Shown: positions 12,183-21,783 of the stretch, piece by piece
How positions within the stretch are numbered: the first letter of the stretch is position 1
Layout: the number at the start of each line of letters is the position of its first letter
Source of the DNA: a candidate division WOR-3 bacterium
Lineage (GTDB): Bacteria; Hydrothermota; 32-111
Length of the DNA stretch: 64,000 nt
Assembly (NCBI GenBank): GCA_039804105.1
Contig: JBDRZU010000002.1
Coordinates: forward strand, 320,001 to 384,000
Reading direction: 5' to 3'
Made by a program: the position numbers and the translations under genes
The notes under the pieces: model-generated
Database searches by the model: none
What the model saw: only the letters and a program-made list of their open reading frames with translations
Told to the model about the DNA's origin: nothing

Positions 12183-13904
12183 TCACCCTTCCAGTTTTTG
12201 TATTCTATAAAACTCCCTATAGACGGGAGATTTAAGTATCAACTCATCATGTTTTCCGGAACTCTCAATTTTCCCATCTTTTAGCACGAATATCTTATCA
12301 GCATTTATAAAGGATGATATTCTGTGAGAGATCACTATCGTTGTTATGTTTTTAGAGTATATGTACAGGTTTTTCAAAATCTCCTTTTCAGTATTCGTAT
12401 CAACAGCACTCAAAGCATCATCAAGTATTAAAATCCTTGGTTTTCTTACAAGTGCTCTCGCAATACACAATCTCTGTTTTTGTCCACCTGAGAGTGTGAC
12501 TCCCTTTTCTCCTACGAGTGTATCAAGCCCATCTTTAAAATCTTTAAGATCCTTATCAAAAGCGGAGATCTTTATCACTTCGTCTATCAACCTATCATCA
12601 GCAGCCCTATTGGCAAACCTTATGTTTTCCTTTATGGTCATTGAAAAAAGAAAAGAATCCTGTGGAACATAACCGATACTATCCCTTATACTTTCTATTC
12701 TGATATCGTTCGCATCGATTCCATCAAAGAATATTTTTCCCTCTTTTTCTATAAGAATTCTTAAAATAAGTTTTATAAGAGTAGTTTTACCTGTTCCAAT
12801 TTTACCAATTATTCCAATGTACTCTCCCTTGTTTATTTGAAGTGAAATTTTATCAAGAACATAGTTGTTTTCGTCATAATAGAAAGAAACATCTTTGAAT
12901 TCAATATTACCTTCAAGAAGGATATCCTTTGCTCCCTCTCGATTTTTAATTTTTGGTTCCTCTTTTAAAAATTCATAAACCCTTTTGAACGAAGCGTTAC
13001 CTCTTTGAAAAATATTCGAAGCAAAACCAACAGCCATCATCGGCCATGTTATGATTCCAAGATAAACAAAAAACGCTATAAATTCTCCGGTTGAAATCTC
13101 TCCAAGCATCGTCTGTTGTCCACCAAAAAATAAAACTATCGCTGCTCCAAGATCTGAAAAGAAGAAAATCAAAGGGAACATTATTCCCCAAATTTTTATA
13201 AGAACGATATTCTTATCAACATAATCTTTACTTATAGTGTTAAACCTTTTAACCTCTTCTTGCTGTTGGTTGAAAGATTGTACTATTTTGATTCCTGAAA
13301 TCAGTTCCTGAACCTTATCGGTCATATTCGAAAAAGATTCTTGAACCTTTTTAAAATATTTAAAATTGAGTTTCATAGAAATTAATGTTATTAAAGATAC
13401 AAAAGGAAGGGGAAGAAGAGCAAGGAGTGTCAACTTCACATTCATCCTTAACATGAACACAAGGGTTGCAAGGAAAAGGAATATTGAATCAAAAGCCGAA
13501 ATAATACCGAACGCAGTCGACATCCTTATCGCCTGCATATCGTTTGTCATGTGCGCCATGAGATCACCGGTTTTAACTCTGTTAAAAAATGACGAGTCAA
13601 GTTTTAAAAGATGATCATACAACTTATTTTTAAAATCATATTCTATGAAATGTGACATACCAAGAATAATCATTCTCCAGGAGAATCTTAAGATTCCTAT
13701 ACTTAAAGCAAGTCCTCCTATGACAAGTGTTAAAAAAACTATTTTATCAAAATAATCTTTCCCAAAGATTATATAATCTATCGCTTTCTGTGAAACACGT
13801 GGGATTATGAGTTGAACAATATCAACAAGAATAAGCATTATAAAACCAAAGATTATCCTTAAAGGCGCTTTTCTATAATATGATAGGATGAACTTTATAA
13901 GCAT
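12183..13904 (-). CDS. Heterodimeric ABC exporter subunit (BmrC/TM287-like)
   Basis: GKIGTGKTT, LSGGQKQ, degenerate Walker B ILDDALS. Confidence 0.9.
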   Translation of the reverse strand: MLIKFILSYYRKAPLRIIFGFIMLILVDIVQLIIPRVSQKAIDYIIFGKDYFDKIVFLTLVIGGLALSIGILRFSWRMIILGMSHFIEYDFKNKLYDHLLKLDSSFFNRVKTGDLMAHMTNDMQAIRMSTAFGIISAFDSIFLFLATLVFMLRMNVKLTLLALLPLPFVSLITLISMKLNFKYFKKVQESFSNMTDKVQELISGIKIVQSFNQQQEEVKRFNTISKDYVDKNIVLIKIWGIMFPLIFFFSDLGAAIVLFFGGQQTMLGEISTGEFIAFFVYLGIITWPMMAVGFASNIFQRGNASFKRVYEFLKEEPKIKNREGAKDILLEGNIEFKDVSFYYDENNYVLDKISLQINKGEYIGIIGKIGTGKTTLIKLILRILIEKEGKIFFDGIDANDIRIESIRDSIGYVPQDSFLFSMTIKENIRFANRAADDRLIDEVIKISAFDKDLKDFKDGLDTLVGEKGVTLSGGQKQRLCIARALVRKPRILILDDALSAVDTNTEKEILKNLYIYSKNITTIVISHRISSFINADKIFVLKDGKIESSGKHDELILKSPVYREFYRIQKLEG

Positions 13905-13946
13905 AGAAAGATATATTAATCCAAAAAATCAGTTAGTCAACATCAA

Positions 13947-14957
13947 CTATTCATTGTTCAATAAATTTTTGATTTTCAAAAACGAAAACAAACCAAGAAA
14001 GGCAGGGATATATGTTGAAATCAATCTGAATATAAAAATATACAGGAGTATATTCTCTTTTCCAACAATCTGAGAGAAGAAAAGAGCCATTCCACCTTCC
14101 GCAACACCACTTGAACCTGGTGTTGGAACAAAGGCAGAAAGATATGTTAATAAAAATTGTAGAGAAAATGCTTTAAAAAAATCCACTTTAACATTGAAAA
14201 GTTTGATAACAAAAAACGATAATGCAAAGTAAGAGTAGAGCGATATAAAAGTTGAAAGTAAGGAAAGAAAATTTTCTTTTATACCTTTCGTAAAAATTGT
14301 TTTTACCCCTTCTGTAAAGTTTGAAAAAAATTCTATCACTTTTAATAAAATTTTTTTTATAAGATTCTGTTTGATCGTTTTCTCAACAAAAATTTTTAAT
14401 TTTTCATTAAAGAAAATTATCATAAAAAGTATAAAAAACATCAAAGAGTAGATTCCAATAAAATATCTTATAAGATTTTTAAAATATTCTGTAGAAAAGA
14501 CACTCTGAAGATAAAATAAAATAAAAGGTATTGTCAATATCATAACAATTAACGATTGAAAACCTCTCATAACTACAACTGATGTTGCATTACCTAAGTT
14601 TATTCCCTTTTTTGAAAGAAGAAAAAGTTGAAACGGCATTCCACCCGATTGAAATGGAGTTATGAGTGCAAGTAGCACACCTCCAAGAGTGAAAATGTAA
14701 CCATCAGAAAAAGTGAAATTTTTGTTAAAAATTTTTCCTAAAAAATAGATTCTTAATATGTTGAAAAAGTTTGAAGAAATAAAAAAGAGAACTATTAAAA
14801 CAATATTATGAATATCAAAATTAACTCTTAAATTTTTTGGAAAATCTTTCACATAAAGAAAAAAGATCAAAATATAGGAAGATAGAGTGAAAATAAAAAA
14901 AAGAAGTAGTCCCGTTTTTATTCTATTTTTCAAAATTTTCCTCTTTTGGGGACTCAT
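13947..14957 (-). CDS. Lysylphosphatidylglycerol synthase TM / UPF0104 flippase-like membrane protein
   Basis: ITPFQSGGMPFQ and PTPGSSGVAEG motifs, multiple TM helices. Confidence 0.8.
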   Translation of the reverse strand: MSPQKRKILKNRIKTGLLLFFIFTLSSYILIFFLYVKDFPKNLRVNFDIHNIVLIVLFFISSNFFNILRIYFLGKIFNKNFTFSDGYIFTLGGVLLALITPFQSGGMPFQLFLLSKKGINLGNATSVVVMRGFQSLIVMILTIPFILFYLQSVFSTEYFKNLIRYFIGIYSLMFFILFMIIFFNEKLKIFVEKTIKQNLIKKILLKVIEFFSNFTEGVKTIFTKGIKENFLSLLSTFISLYSYFALSFFVIKLFNVKVDFFKAFSLQFLLTYLSAFVPTPGSSGVAEGGMALFFSQIVGKENILLYIFIFRLISTYIPAFLGLFSFLKIKNLLNNE

Positions 14958-15987
14958 CGATAATCTGTTCTATACTCTTTCCCGTTTTTTGAACAATTCT
15001 CAAAGTTAAAATTCCACCGAGAAAAGCTCCTATTGTAAAGGTGAAAAATCTCCAGATTATAGCATAAATTCCAAGGATATCTTTCGGACATACATCTTTA
15101 AAAAGTATAGCAAAAACTGTTTCTGCGATTCCACTCGCACCGGGAGTTGGCATAAAGTAAACCAAAAAATTATGAAGAAATTGAAGATTTGCAACAGCTA
15201 AGGGGTGTTCGATCTTTACACCAAGACCCAGAAGTATCAGAATCGCAATCGAAAAGAAAACGATATAAGAAAAAAAAGTTAAAAAGAGTAAAACGAAAAG
15301 GAGTGTTTTCCTTTTATTGAAATAATGTTTTAAACCATCTTTGAAATAATCTATCTCTCTTTCAATAAAATTTGAAAATCTTTTTATCGGACTTCTTTCA
15401 CTTCTCTTTCTGTTAAACAATCCATTATCCAATTTTTCAAGAAACTTTAAAAACTTTTCAGGTAAAAAATAGATCAAAATAGAAACTAACAACATCAAAG
15501 GATAAAGTATCATAATGTATTTTATTATCCATTCTACAATACTATTTTTTAAAAGATAAGAGTATGTGAGAAAAATGAACGGAAGAGCAAAGATGTGAAA
15601 AATTATCGCAAGAACTCCTCTCATAAACAAAATAAGTGTTCCTTCTCCATAAGGTATTCCATTCTTTTTAAGGTAGTAAACCTGAACTGGAAACCCTCCA
15701 GTTTGAAAAGGTGTAACAGCAGCAAGAAAAATTCCTGATACAACAACCTCTATACCCGTAAAAACTGAGATGTTATACCCAAGACCTTTTGCTAAATATT
15801 TTACTCTTACCCCATCAAGATAGTAGTATAAAATCAGAACAAGTAAAGTAAAAAGAAAATAATGAGGTCTTATACTTTTCAAATATTTCCAGGTTTCATC
15901 CGATATTGTTAGAATCAGAATAAGTGTACTTATGACTATTGTTATAAAAAGGAATACTTTGATGCCTTTTCTTATGTTTATGTTCAT
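14923..15987 (-). CDS. Lysylphosphatidylglycerol synthase TM / UPF0104 flippase-like membrane protein (tandem paralog)
   Basis: VTPFQTGGFPVQ, PTPGASGIAE, IWRFFT. Confidence 0.8.
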   Translation of the reverse strand: MNINIRKGIKVFLFITIVISTLILILTISDETWKYLKSIRPHYFLFTLLVLILYYYLDGVRVKYLAKGLGYNISVFTGIEVVVSGIFLAAVTPFQTGGFPVQVYYLKKNGIPYGEGTLILFMRGVLAIIFHIFALPFIFLTYSYLLKNSIVEWIIKYIMILYPLMLLVSILIYFLPEKFLKFLEKLDNGLFNRKRSERSPIKRFSNFIEREIDYFKDGLKHYFNKRKTLLFVLLFLTFFSYIVFFSIAILILLGLGVKIEHPLAVANLQFLHNFLVYFMPTPGASGIAETVFAILFKDVCPKDILGIYAIIWRFFTFTIGAFLGGILTLRIVQKTGKSIEQIIDESPKEENFEK

Positions 15988-18539
15988 TTCAGACCTTTCA
16001 GGATTTCCCCTACCCTTTCGAGTTTCAATCTGAATTCTTCTATTTTTCGTGTTGTTTCTTCTATTACTTCATTATCAGCTTTATTCAGAAAATTTTCATT
16101 CTTTAAAAGTTTTTCGTTTTTTTCGATCTCTTTTTCAAGTTCTTGTTTCTCTTTTTCAAGTTTATTAATAAATGACCCAATATCTGATATATCTTTCGAT
16201 TCTATATAAACTATTCCCTCTTCAAAAGGTTTTGCAACAACATTTTTTGGTATATTATCCTTAAATTCGATACTCTCGATTTTTGTAAGTTTTTTTATCA
16301 GTTCAACATTTTCCTTTAAAAAATTGAAATCTTTTCCATCATACCTAATAAAGATATTCTTCACTCCAGTTTCCTGAACAAGGTTTCTGATTGAAACTAT
16401 CAAAGATTTCAACATTTCGACAAGTTTAAAACTCGTTTCATCAAAAAATTCAAAACATTCATACTCTTCCTGATGTATCATTTTTTTCGAACCTAAAAGC
16501 GAATTTATCTCTTCAGAGATGTATGGCATATAGGGATTGAGATTTCTTATAAATCTTTTTAAAACGAATAGAGCGTTTCTATTTCCTTTCATTTTTATTT
16601 TCATAATTTCAAGGTACCAATCACAGAATTCTTTCCAGAAAAAGTTATATAATGACTCAGCACCATCCGACAATCTATAATTTTCAACTGAATTTTGAAA
16701 ATCATTTTCAAATTTTGAAAGTAAATGTAAAATCCATCTATCAAATTCATCTTTTGTTTCTTTTTCTACTATTATTTCATTCTCATTTTGACCTAAAATC
16801 AACCTTGTCGCATTCCAGATTTTGTTGGCAAAATTTCTTCCAAGTTCAAAAGATTTTTCAGATATCTTAGGATCCGTTCCCTGTCCAGACATAAAAACGA
16901 GAGTGAATCTTAATGAGTCAGCACCAAACTTATTTATAATAATCAAAGGATCTATTCCATTTCCCAGAGATTTTGACATTTTTATTCCACGACTATCTCG
17001 AATCGTTCCGTGAATATAAATATCTTCAAAAGGCAATTTTCCCGTAAACTCAAGTCCGGCCATTATCATCCTTGCGATCCAGAAAAATAAAATTTCCGAA
17101 GCCGAAACTATAACCTTTGTTGGATAAAAATATTTAAAATCCTCTTTACCATCGATCCAACCGAGTGTTGCAAAAGGCCAGAGCCAAGATGAAAACCATG
17201 TATCAAGCACATTTTCATCCTGATGAACATTTCCTCCACAATCAGGACACCTATCGATTTTATCAACAGAAACAATCTCTTTTTTACATTCTTCACAGTA
17301 ATAAACAGGTATTCTGTGCCCCCACCATAACTGTCTTGAGATACACCATGGTTTTATGTTTGAGAGCCAGTGATTGTAAACGCCTTGCCATCTTTGAGGA
17401 AAAAATTTTAACTCTTTTTCAAGAGAAGCTTTTAGTGCTGGTTTTGCGAGTTCATCCATTCTAACAAACCATTGTTCTGAAAGATATGGCTCAACAACAG
17501 TTTTACACCTATAGCATTCTCCAACAGAGTGTTCATAGTCCTCTACCTTTTCCAATAGATTTAAACTTTCAAGTTCTTTTATTATTTCATCACGAGCTTT
17601 GTATCTTTCAAGACCTCTATATTTGCCCCCATTTTCATTAACAAAACCTTTGGTATCGAGAACAACTATTTTTTCAAGAGAATGTTTTTCTCCCATTATA
17701 AAATCGTTTGGATCGTGTGCAGGTGTAACTTTTACAAAACCGGTTCCAAAATTAACATCTACAAATTCATCACCGATGATTTTAACCTCTCTGTTTATTA
17801 GAGGAACTATAACAGTTTCACCTATAAGTTTACTCTTTGCTTCATCTGAAGGGTTAACTGCAACAGCAGTATCACCAAGCATCGTTTCAGGTCGTGTTGT
17901 AGCTACAACGATATATCCATCTTTATTTTTGAACGGATATCTTATATAATAAAGTTTTGCGTTTTTGGAAGTATAATCCACCTCTTCGTCAGATAAAGCT
18001 GTATGACATCTCGGACACCAATTAACAATATAATTTCCTTTATAAATATATCCTTTTTCATAAAGTCTTTTAAACACAAAAGAAACTGTTCTTGACATAT
18101 CCTCATCAAGAGTGAACTTTGTCCTATCCCAATCACATGTTGCACCAAGAGCTTTCAATTGATTCAAAATAATATTTTTATGTTCCTCTGCCCATTTCCA
18201 AACCTCTTTCTCAAAATTATCTCGCCCAAGATCCTCTTTCTTTTTCCCTTCTTTTTTCAATTTTCTCTCAACAACAACCTGAGTTGCTATTCCAGCATGA
18301 TCCGTTCCAGGAACCCACAATGAATTGTAACCTTTATTTCTGTGGTACCTGATAAGTATATCCTGGATGGTGTTGTTGAAAGCATGTCCAAGATGTAGAA
18401 CATCTGTAACATTTGGAGGTGGAATAACTATGGTGTAAGGTTTCTTTTTATAATCAATATTCGCTTTAAAAGGCTTTTTTTCCTCGTAAATTGAATTCCA
18501 TTTTCTTTCACACTCTTTAAAATCATATATCTTTTCCAT
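15984..18539 (-). CDS. valS: Valine--tRNA ligase
   Basis: PPPNVT, HLGH, DHAGIATQ, WCISRQLWWGHRIP, KMSKS, C-terminal coiled coil. Confidence 0.98.
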   Translation of the reverse strand: MEKIYDFKECERKWNSIYEEKKPFKANIDYKKKPYTIVIPPPNVTDVLHLGHAFNNTIQDILIRYHRNKGYNSLWVPGTDHAGIATQVVVERKLKKEGKKKEDLGRDNFEKEVWKWAEEHKNIILNQLKALGATCDWDRTKFTLDEDMSRTVSFVFKRLYEKGYIYKGNYIVNWCPRCHTALSDEEVDYTSKNAKLYYIRYPFKNKDGYIVVATTRPETMLGDTAVAVNPSDEAKSKLIGETVIVPLINREVKIIGDEFVDVNFGTGFVKVTPAHDPNDFIMGEKHSLEKIVVLDTKGFVNENGGKYRGLERYKARDEIIKELESLNLLEKVEDYEHSVGECYRCKTVVEPYLSEQWFVRMDELAKPALKASLEKELKFFPQRWQGVYNHWLSNIKPWCISRQLWWGHRIPVYYCEECKKEIVSVDKIDRCPDCGGNVHQDENVLDTWFSSWLWPFATLGWIDGKEDFKYFYPTKVIVSASEILFFWIARMIMAGLEFTGKLPFEDIYIHGTIRDSRGIKMSKSLGNGIDPLIIINKFGADSLRFTLVFMSGQGTDPKISEKSFELGRNFANKIWNATRLILGQNENEIIVEKETKDEFDRWILHLLSKFENDFQNSVENYRLSDGAESLYNFFWKEFCDWYLEIMKIKMKGNRNALFVLKRFIRNLNPYMPYISEEINSLLGSKKMIHQEEYECFEFFDETSFKLVEMLKSLIVSIRNLVQETGVKNIFIRYDGKDFNFLKENVELIKKLTKIESIEFKDNIPKNVVAKPFEEGIVYIESKDISDIGSFINKLEKEKQELEKEIEKNEKLLKNENFLNKADNEVIEETTRKIEEFRLKLERVGEILKGLK

Positions 18540-18602
18540 AAAAACTCCAAAAATATTTTTATTATAATAAAATCTTAAAAAAAGTAAATAAAAATATTGA
18601 TA

Positions 18603-18631
18603 TTGACTAATCGAAAAATTTTTTATAAAAT
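18603..18631 (+). promoter_or_regulatory. Sigma70 promoter for the 18655 gene
   Basis: TTGACT-17-TAAAAT; SD AAGGAG before the ATG. Confidence 0.65.
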
Positions 18632-18654
18632 TTTATCAGGGAAAGGAGAATCAT

Positions 18655-20619
18655 ATGAAAAAAATTAACATAGTTTGTTTGATTTTGATAGTTGTGATAT
18701 TATTTTTCCCTTACCATTTGTCATCTCAAAATTTTAAAAACATAAAACTTTATCTCTGGGATAACGATTATGGTGCAACATTTGAAAATCCTGATCGAGC
18801 AGGGCAATATATAGGTTATGAATACAATGTTGCAAAAGCTCTAAACTTTTTAGGGTACACAACCAACGTAAACCTTTTTATATGTGAAACACTTCCCACA
18901 AGATTCGAACAGTTAAGAAATTATCAGGCACTTTTCATAGTAACAGGTCATTATCCAATACTTTCAAGGGATCAGATGTTTACATCACAAGAAGTTGGAC
19001 TTATGGCTGCATATCTTGATAGTGGTGGTTGCATCTATTTTGAGGGAAACAATTTTATGGAATATCTTCAACATTATTTTAGATCTTTTGTTTATGCATA
19101 TTTTAACGATACGACAATAACATCAATACCCTCACGTGGAATCGATACTTTAAGGACAGACCCAGCCTATAATTTTACAAGAGATTTTACATTCACTTAT
19201 CCTGCTTACTCAGTTTCCGATTCAGGAGTTGATTTCCTTTTCACAAATAATACTGGCCTAACCGAACCAAATTATTATAAAGTTCTGTACTTCAATTCTT
19301 CGAACAAACTTTATAGATCAACAGCTACAGCTTATACACCACCCGAATCAAAAAGATACTACAGGGGAAGAATATTCTTACAAACAGTGGATCTTGGAGC
19401 ATTCTCATACTTTTCAACAAGAACATCGAGAAACCTTCCAGATTCAACAAAAAATCAAATTGTCAGAGCAGCCTATTTAAAAGATGTTTTAAGATTTTTC
19501 GGGTTTGCGAAAACGTTACTTGTTGTTGATGACAAAACTGATACGATAGCAACACCAGTTCAGAGAGCACTTAGTCGAATGGTCGATTTTGATACCATAT
19601 TCGTTTCAACAAATGGCCCTTCATATAGAACACTTCTAAAATATAATTCCGTCTTCTGGTATACAGATACTGTTGATTATCCCATAACAACAACTGACAC
19701 TGTAAATATCTCAACTTTTCTTGATTTCGGTGGAAACCTTTTCATGTCCTCTCTAAACCTTGCAGAACAATATGGTATAGGGAATCTTTTTTTAAAAAAA
19801 TATTTTGGAATCGATCTATATAGTGACTCACAACCATATTACACTTTCTATGGCTCTCTGAATTCATTTTGGGGAACAAATCCTGTTCTTGATACTTTTA
19901 ACATTATCAGGCCATCAACAGGTTATGAACCAGATGTTGTATCGATCGTTGATTCTTTTACAGATACTGCGTTTTATATTAGAACTTTAAGGATTGCGGG
20001 AACACATTTAGATAACAATCTCTTTAGGACAACATTTTTAACTTTTCCATTTCAAAGAGCCCAAACCCAGATAAAAGCCGGTTACCCAACAGATTCAATA
20101 ATAAAGATTGCACTTGTAAACGGTTTCAAATATGATTTATCGATAACTCCGATAACTTCAAGAATATCAGAGTATTTTTTTACATCCTCTTTTGATAAAG
20201 AACAAAATAAAATTTTGTTAACAATCATTTCAAATGCATATTTCGAAGGTTCTCTTACTATTTTAAAAAATTCAGTTGAGATTCAATATGAAAAAATCTC
20301 TGGAACATCTTTTAAATTCTATTTAAAAGACGAACCCGGTGAATATCTTATCATTTTAAAAGATCTTAAAGGAGAAACAGTTTATAAAAAGAGTTTTATC
20401 GTTGAAAATCAAATTTCAAATTTTGATTATTCTCTTAATGGACTTTTAAAAATAAACAGTTTACAAAAAACCGTTATCGAAGTTTTTGACATTTCAGGGA
20501 AAAAACTCAAAAGTTTTAAATTGAGTGAAGGAGAAAATCTTGTTGATTTTTCAGATTTTCACTCCGGATATTATTTTATTAAATATGATGATAAAATTCA
20601 CAAGATTTTAAAATTATAA
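18655..20619 (+). CDS. Secreted protein with T9SS type A-like C-terminal sorting domain
   Basis: Signal peptide; C-terminal IEVFDISGKKL...SGYYFIK...KILKL. Confidence 0.75.
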   Translation: MKKINIVCLILIVVILFFPYHLSSQNFKNIKLYLWDNDYGATFENPDRAGQYIGYEYNVAKALNFLGYTTNVNLFICETLPTRFEQLRNYQALFIVTGHYPILSRDQMFTSQEVGLMAAYLDSGGCIYFEGNNFMEYLQHYFRSFVYAYFNDTTITSIPSRGIDTLRTDPAYNFTRDFTFTYPAYSVSDSGVDFLFTNNTGLTEPNYYKVLYFNSSNKLYRSTATAYTPPESKRYYRGRIFLQTVDLGAFSYFSTRTSRNLPDSTKNQIVRAAYLKDVLRFFGFAKTLLVVDDKTDTIATPVQRALSRMVDFDTIFVSTNGPSYRTLLKYNSVFWYTDTVDYPITTTDTVNISTFLDFGGNLFMSSLNLAEQYGIGNLFLKKYFGIDLYSDSQPYYTFYGSLNSFWGTNPVLDTFNIIRPSTGYEPDVVSIVDSFTDTAFYIRTLRIAGTHLDNNLFRTTFLTFPFQRAQTQIKAGYPTDSIIKIALVNGFKYDLSITPITSRISEYFFTSSFDKEQNKILLTIISNAYFEGSLTILKNSVEIQYEKISGTSFKFYLKDEPGEYLIILKDLKGETVYKKSFIVENQISNFDYSLNGLLKINSLQKTVIEVFDISGKKLKSFKLSEGENLVDFSDFHSGYYFIKYDDKIHKILKL

Positions 20620-20620
20620 A

Positions 20621-20657
20621 TGTAAATTTTTATTTACAATGTAACAAATTTATTACA
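20621..20657. promoter_or_regulatory. Tandem TGT-N12-ACA palindromes (enhancer-binding protein / TyrR-box-like)
   Basis: TGTAAATTTTTATTTACA (20621-20638) and TGTAACAAATTTATTACA (20640-20657), 1 bp apart. Confidence 0.6.
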
Positions 20658-20708
20658 CCCTTTCACTCCGTTTTCTTGTTATCCAGCAAATAATTAACAA
20701 CTTAAATT

Positions 20709-20724
20709 TAGCACAGAAATTGCT
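20709..20724 (+). promoter_or_regulatory. Putative sigma54 -24/-12 promoter
   Basis: TAGCACAGAAATTGCT versus consensus TGGCAC-N5-TTGCW (one mismatch, GG to AG); IHF-like AATTAACAACTTA at 20692-20704. Confidence 0.5.
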
Positions 20725-20748
20725 CATATATTTTTCAAAGGAGGTTTT

Positions 20749-21783
20749 ATGATTTTTAACGATGAAATCTCAAATTTTATAGAAAAAAATATAGAGCAAT
20801 TATCTGAGCAAATATTAGACAACCATCTTCAAATTGAAAATGTGAAAAATTTTGATGATTATAAAAAAATTAAATCACTTGAAGATATAAAATATCATCT
20901 GTATTTTTTATCAAACTCAATAAAACTGGAAAGTAAAAAAAATTTTATTTCATATATTCTCTGGTGTGATAAACTTTTCACTTCAATAAACTTATCAAGG
21001 AAGGATCTACTTGTAAATTTAAAAGCGATAAAAAATACTTTTAAATCATTTTTGAACGAAGAAAGTTTTAAAATTGTTAGTGAGTATATAGACGATGCTT
21101 TATTCTTTTTAAACGAAAGAACAATTTTTTCAAAAATCAATGAAAACGAAGAATCTGAAAAATATTTATCATTGATCCTTGAAGGTAAAAAGAAAGATGC
21201 TGAAAAATATATAGAAGAGAAAATAAAAAATGGGTATTCTTTAGAGGACATTTATATAAATATACTCCAAAATGCACAACATAAGATCGGTTATCTTTGG
21301 CAAACAAACAAAATCAGTGTAGCACAAGAACATCTCGCAACATCTATAACAGAATTCATAATGTCAAACCTTTACGAATATATTTTTAAATCAAAAAAAC
21401 ATGGTCTTAAATTACTTTCATCATGTGTTTCCAATGAACTACATCAAATAGGTTTGAGAATGATCACAGATATACTTGAATACAAAGGCTGGGATACCAC
21501 CTATTTGGGAGCAAACACTCCAGACAAAAGCATAATCGATATCTTGATAAAGAGAGATATAGATCTTCTGGCAATCTCTGTAACAATGTTTTTCAACATA
21601 AAAAGTGCAGAAAAACTTATCGAAAAGATTAAGAACGAAAAACAACTTTCAAAATTAAAAATAATTGTGGGAGGTTATCCTTTCAACAACGACCAAACTC
21701 TATACAAAAAAATAGGAGCAGATTTTTGTGCTAAAGATTGCAAAGATTGTTTAAATATAGTAAGGGAAAATTTTTATGTTTAA
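20749..21783 (+). CDS. Cobalamin-binding sensor protein with N-terminal globin/phycobiliprotein-like helical domain
   Basis: W-x9-EH (WQTNKISVAQEH), ExHxxG (ELHQIG), YLG, SVT, VGG B12-domain motifs; SD AAGGAGG. Confidence 0.85.
   Translation: MIFNDEISNFIEKNIEQLSEQILDNHLQIENVKNFDDYKKIKSLEDIKYHLYFLSNSIKLESKKNFISYILWCDKLFTSINLSRKDLLVNLKAIKNTFKSFLNEESFKIVSEYIDDALFFLNERTIFSKINENEESEKYLSLILEGKKKDAEKYIEEKIKNGYSLEDIYINILQNAQHKIGYLWQTNKISVAQEHLATSITEFIMSNLYEYIFKSKKHGLKLLSSCVSNELHQIGLRMITDILEYKGWDTTYLGANTPDKSIIDILIKRDIDLLAISVTMFFNIKSAEKLIEKIKNEKQLSKLKIIVGGYPFNNDQTLYKKIGADFCAKDCKDCLNIVRENFYV

Noticed and set aside
18540..18654. T-box leaders for valS (also checked tyrS and trpS)
   Set aside because: Leaders are too short and contain no GGTGGNACCGCG T-box sequence.
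20620..20748. Cobalamin riboswitch upstream of the B12-binding gene
   Set aside because: Region is short, AT-rich and lacks the B12-box and GGGAA core motifs.
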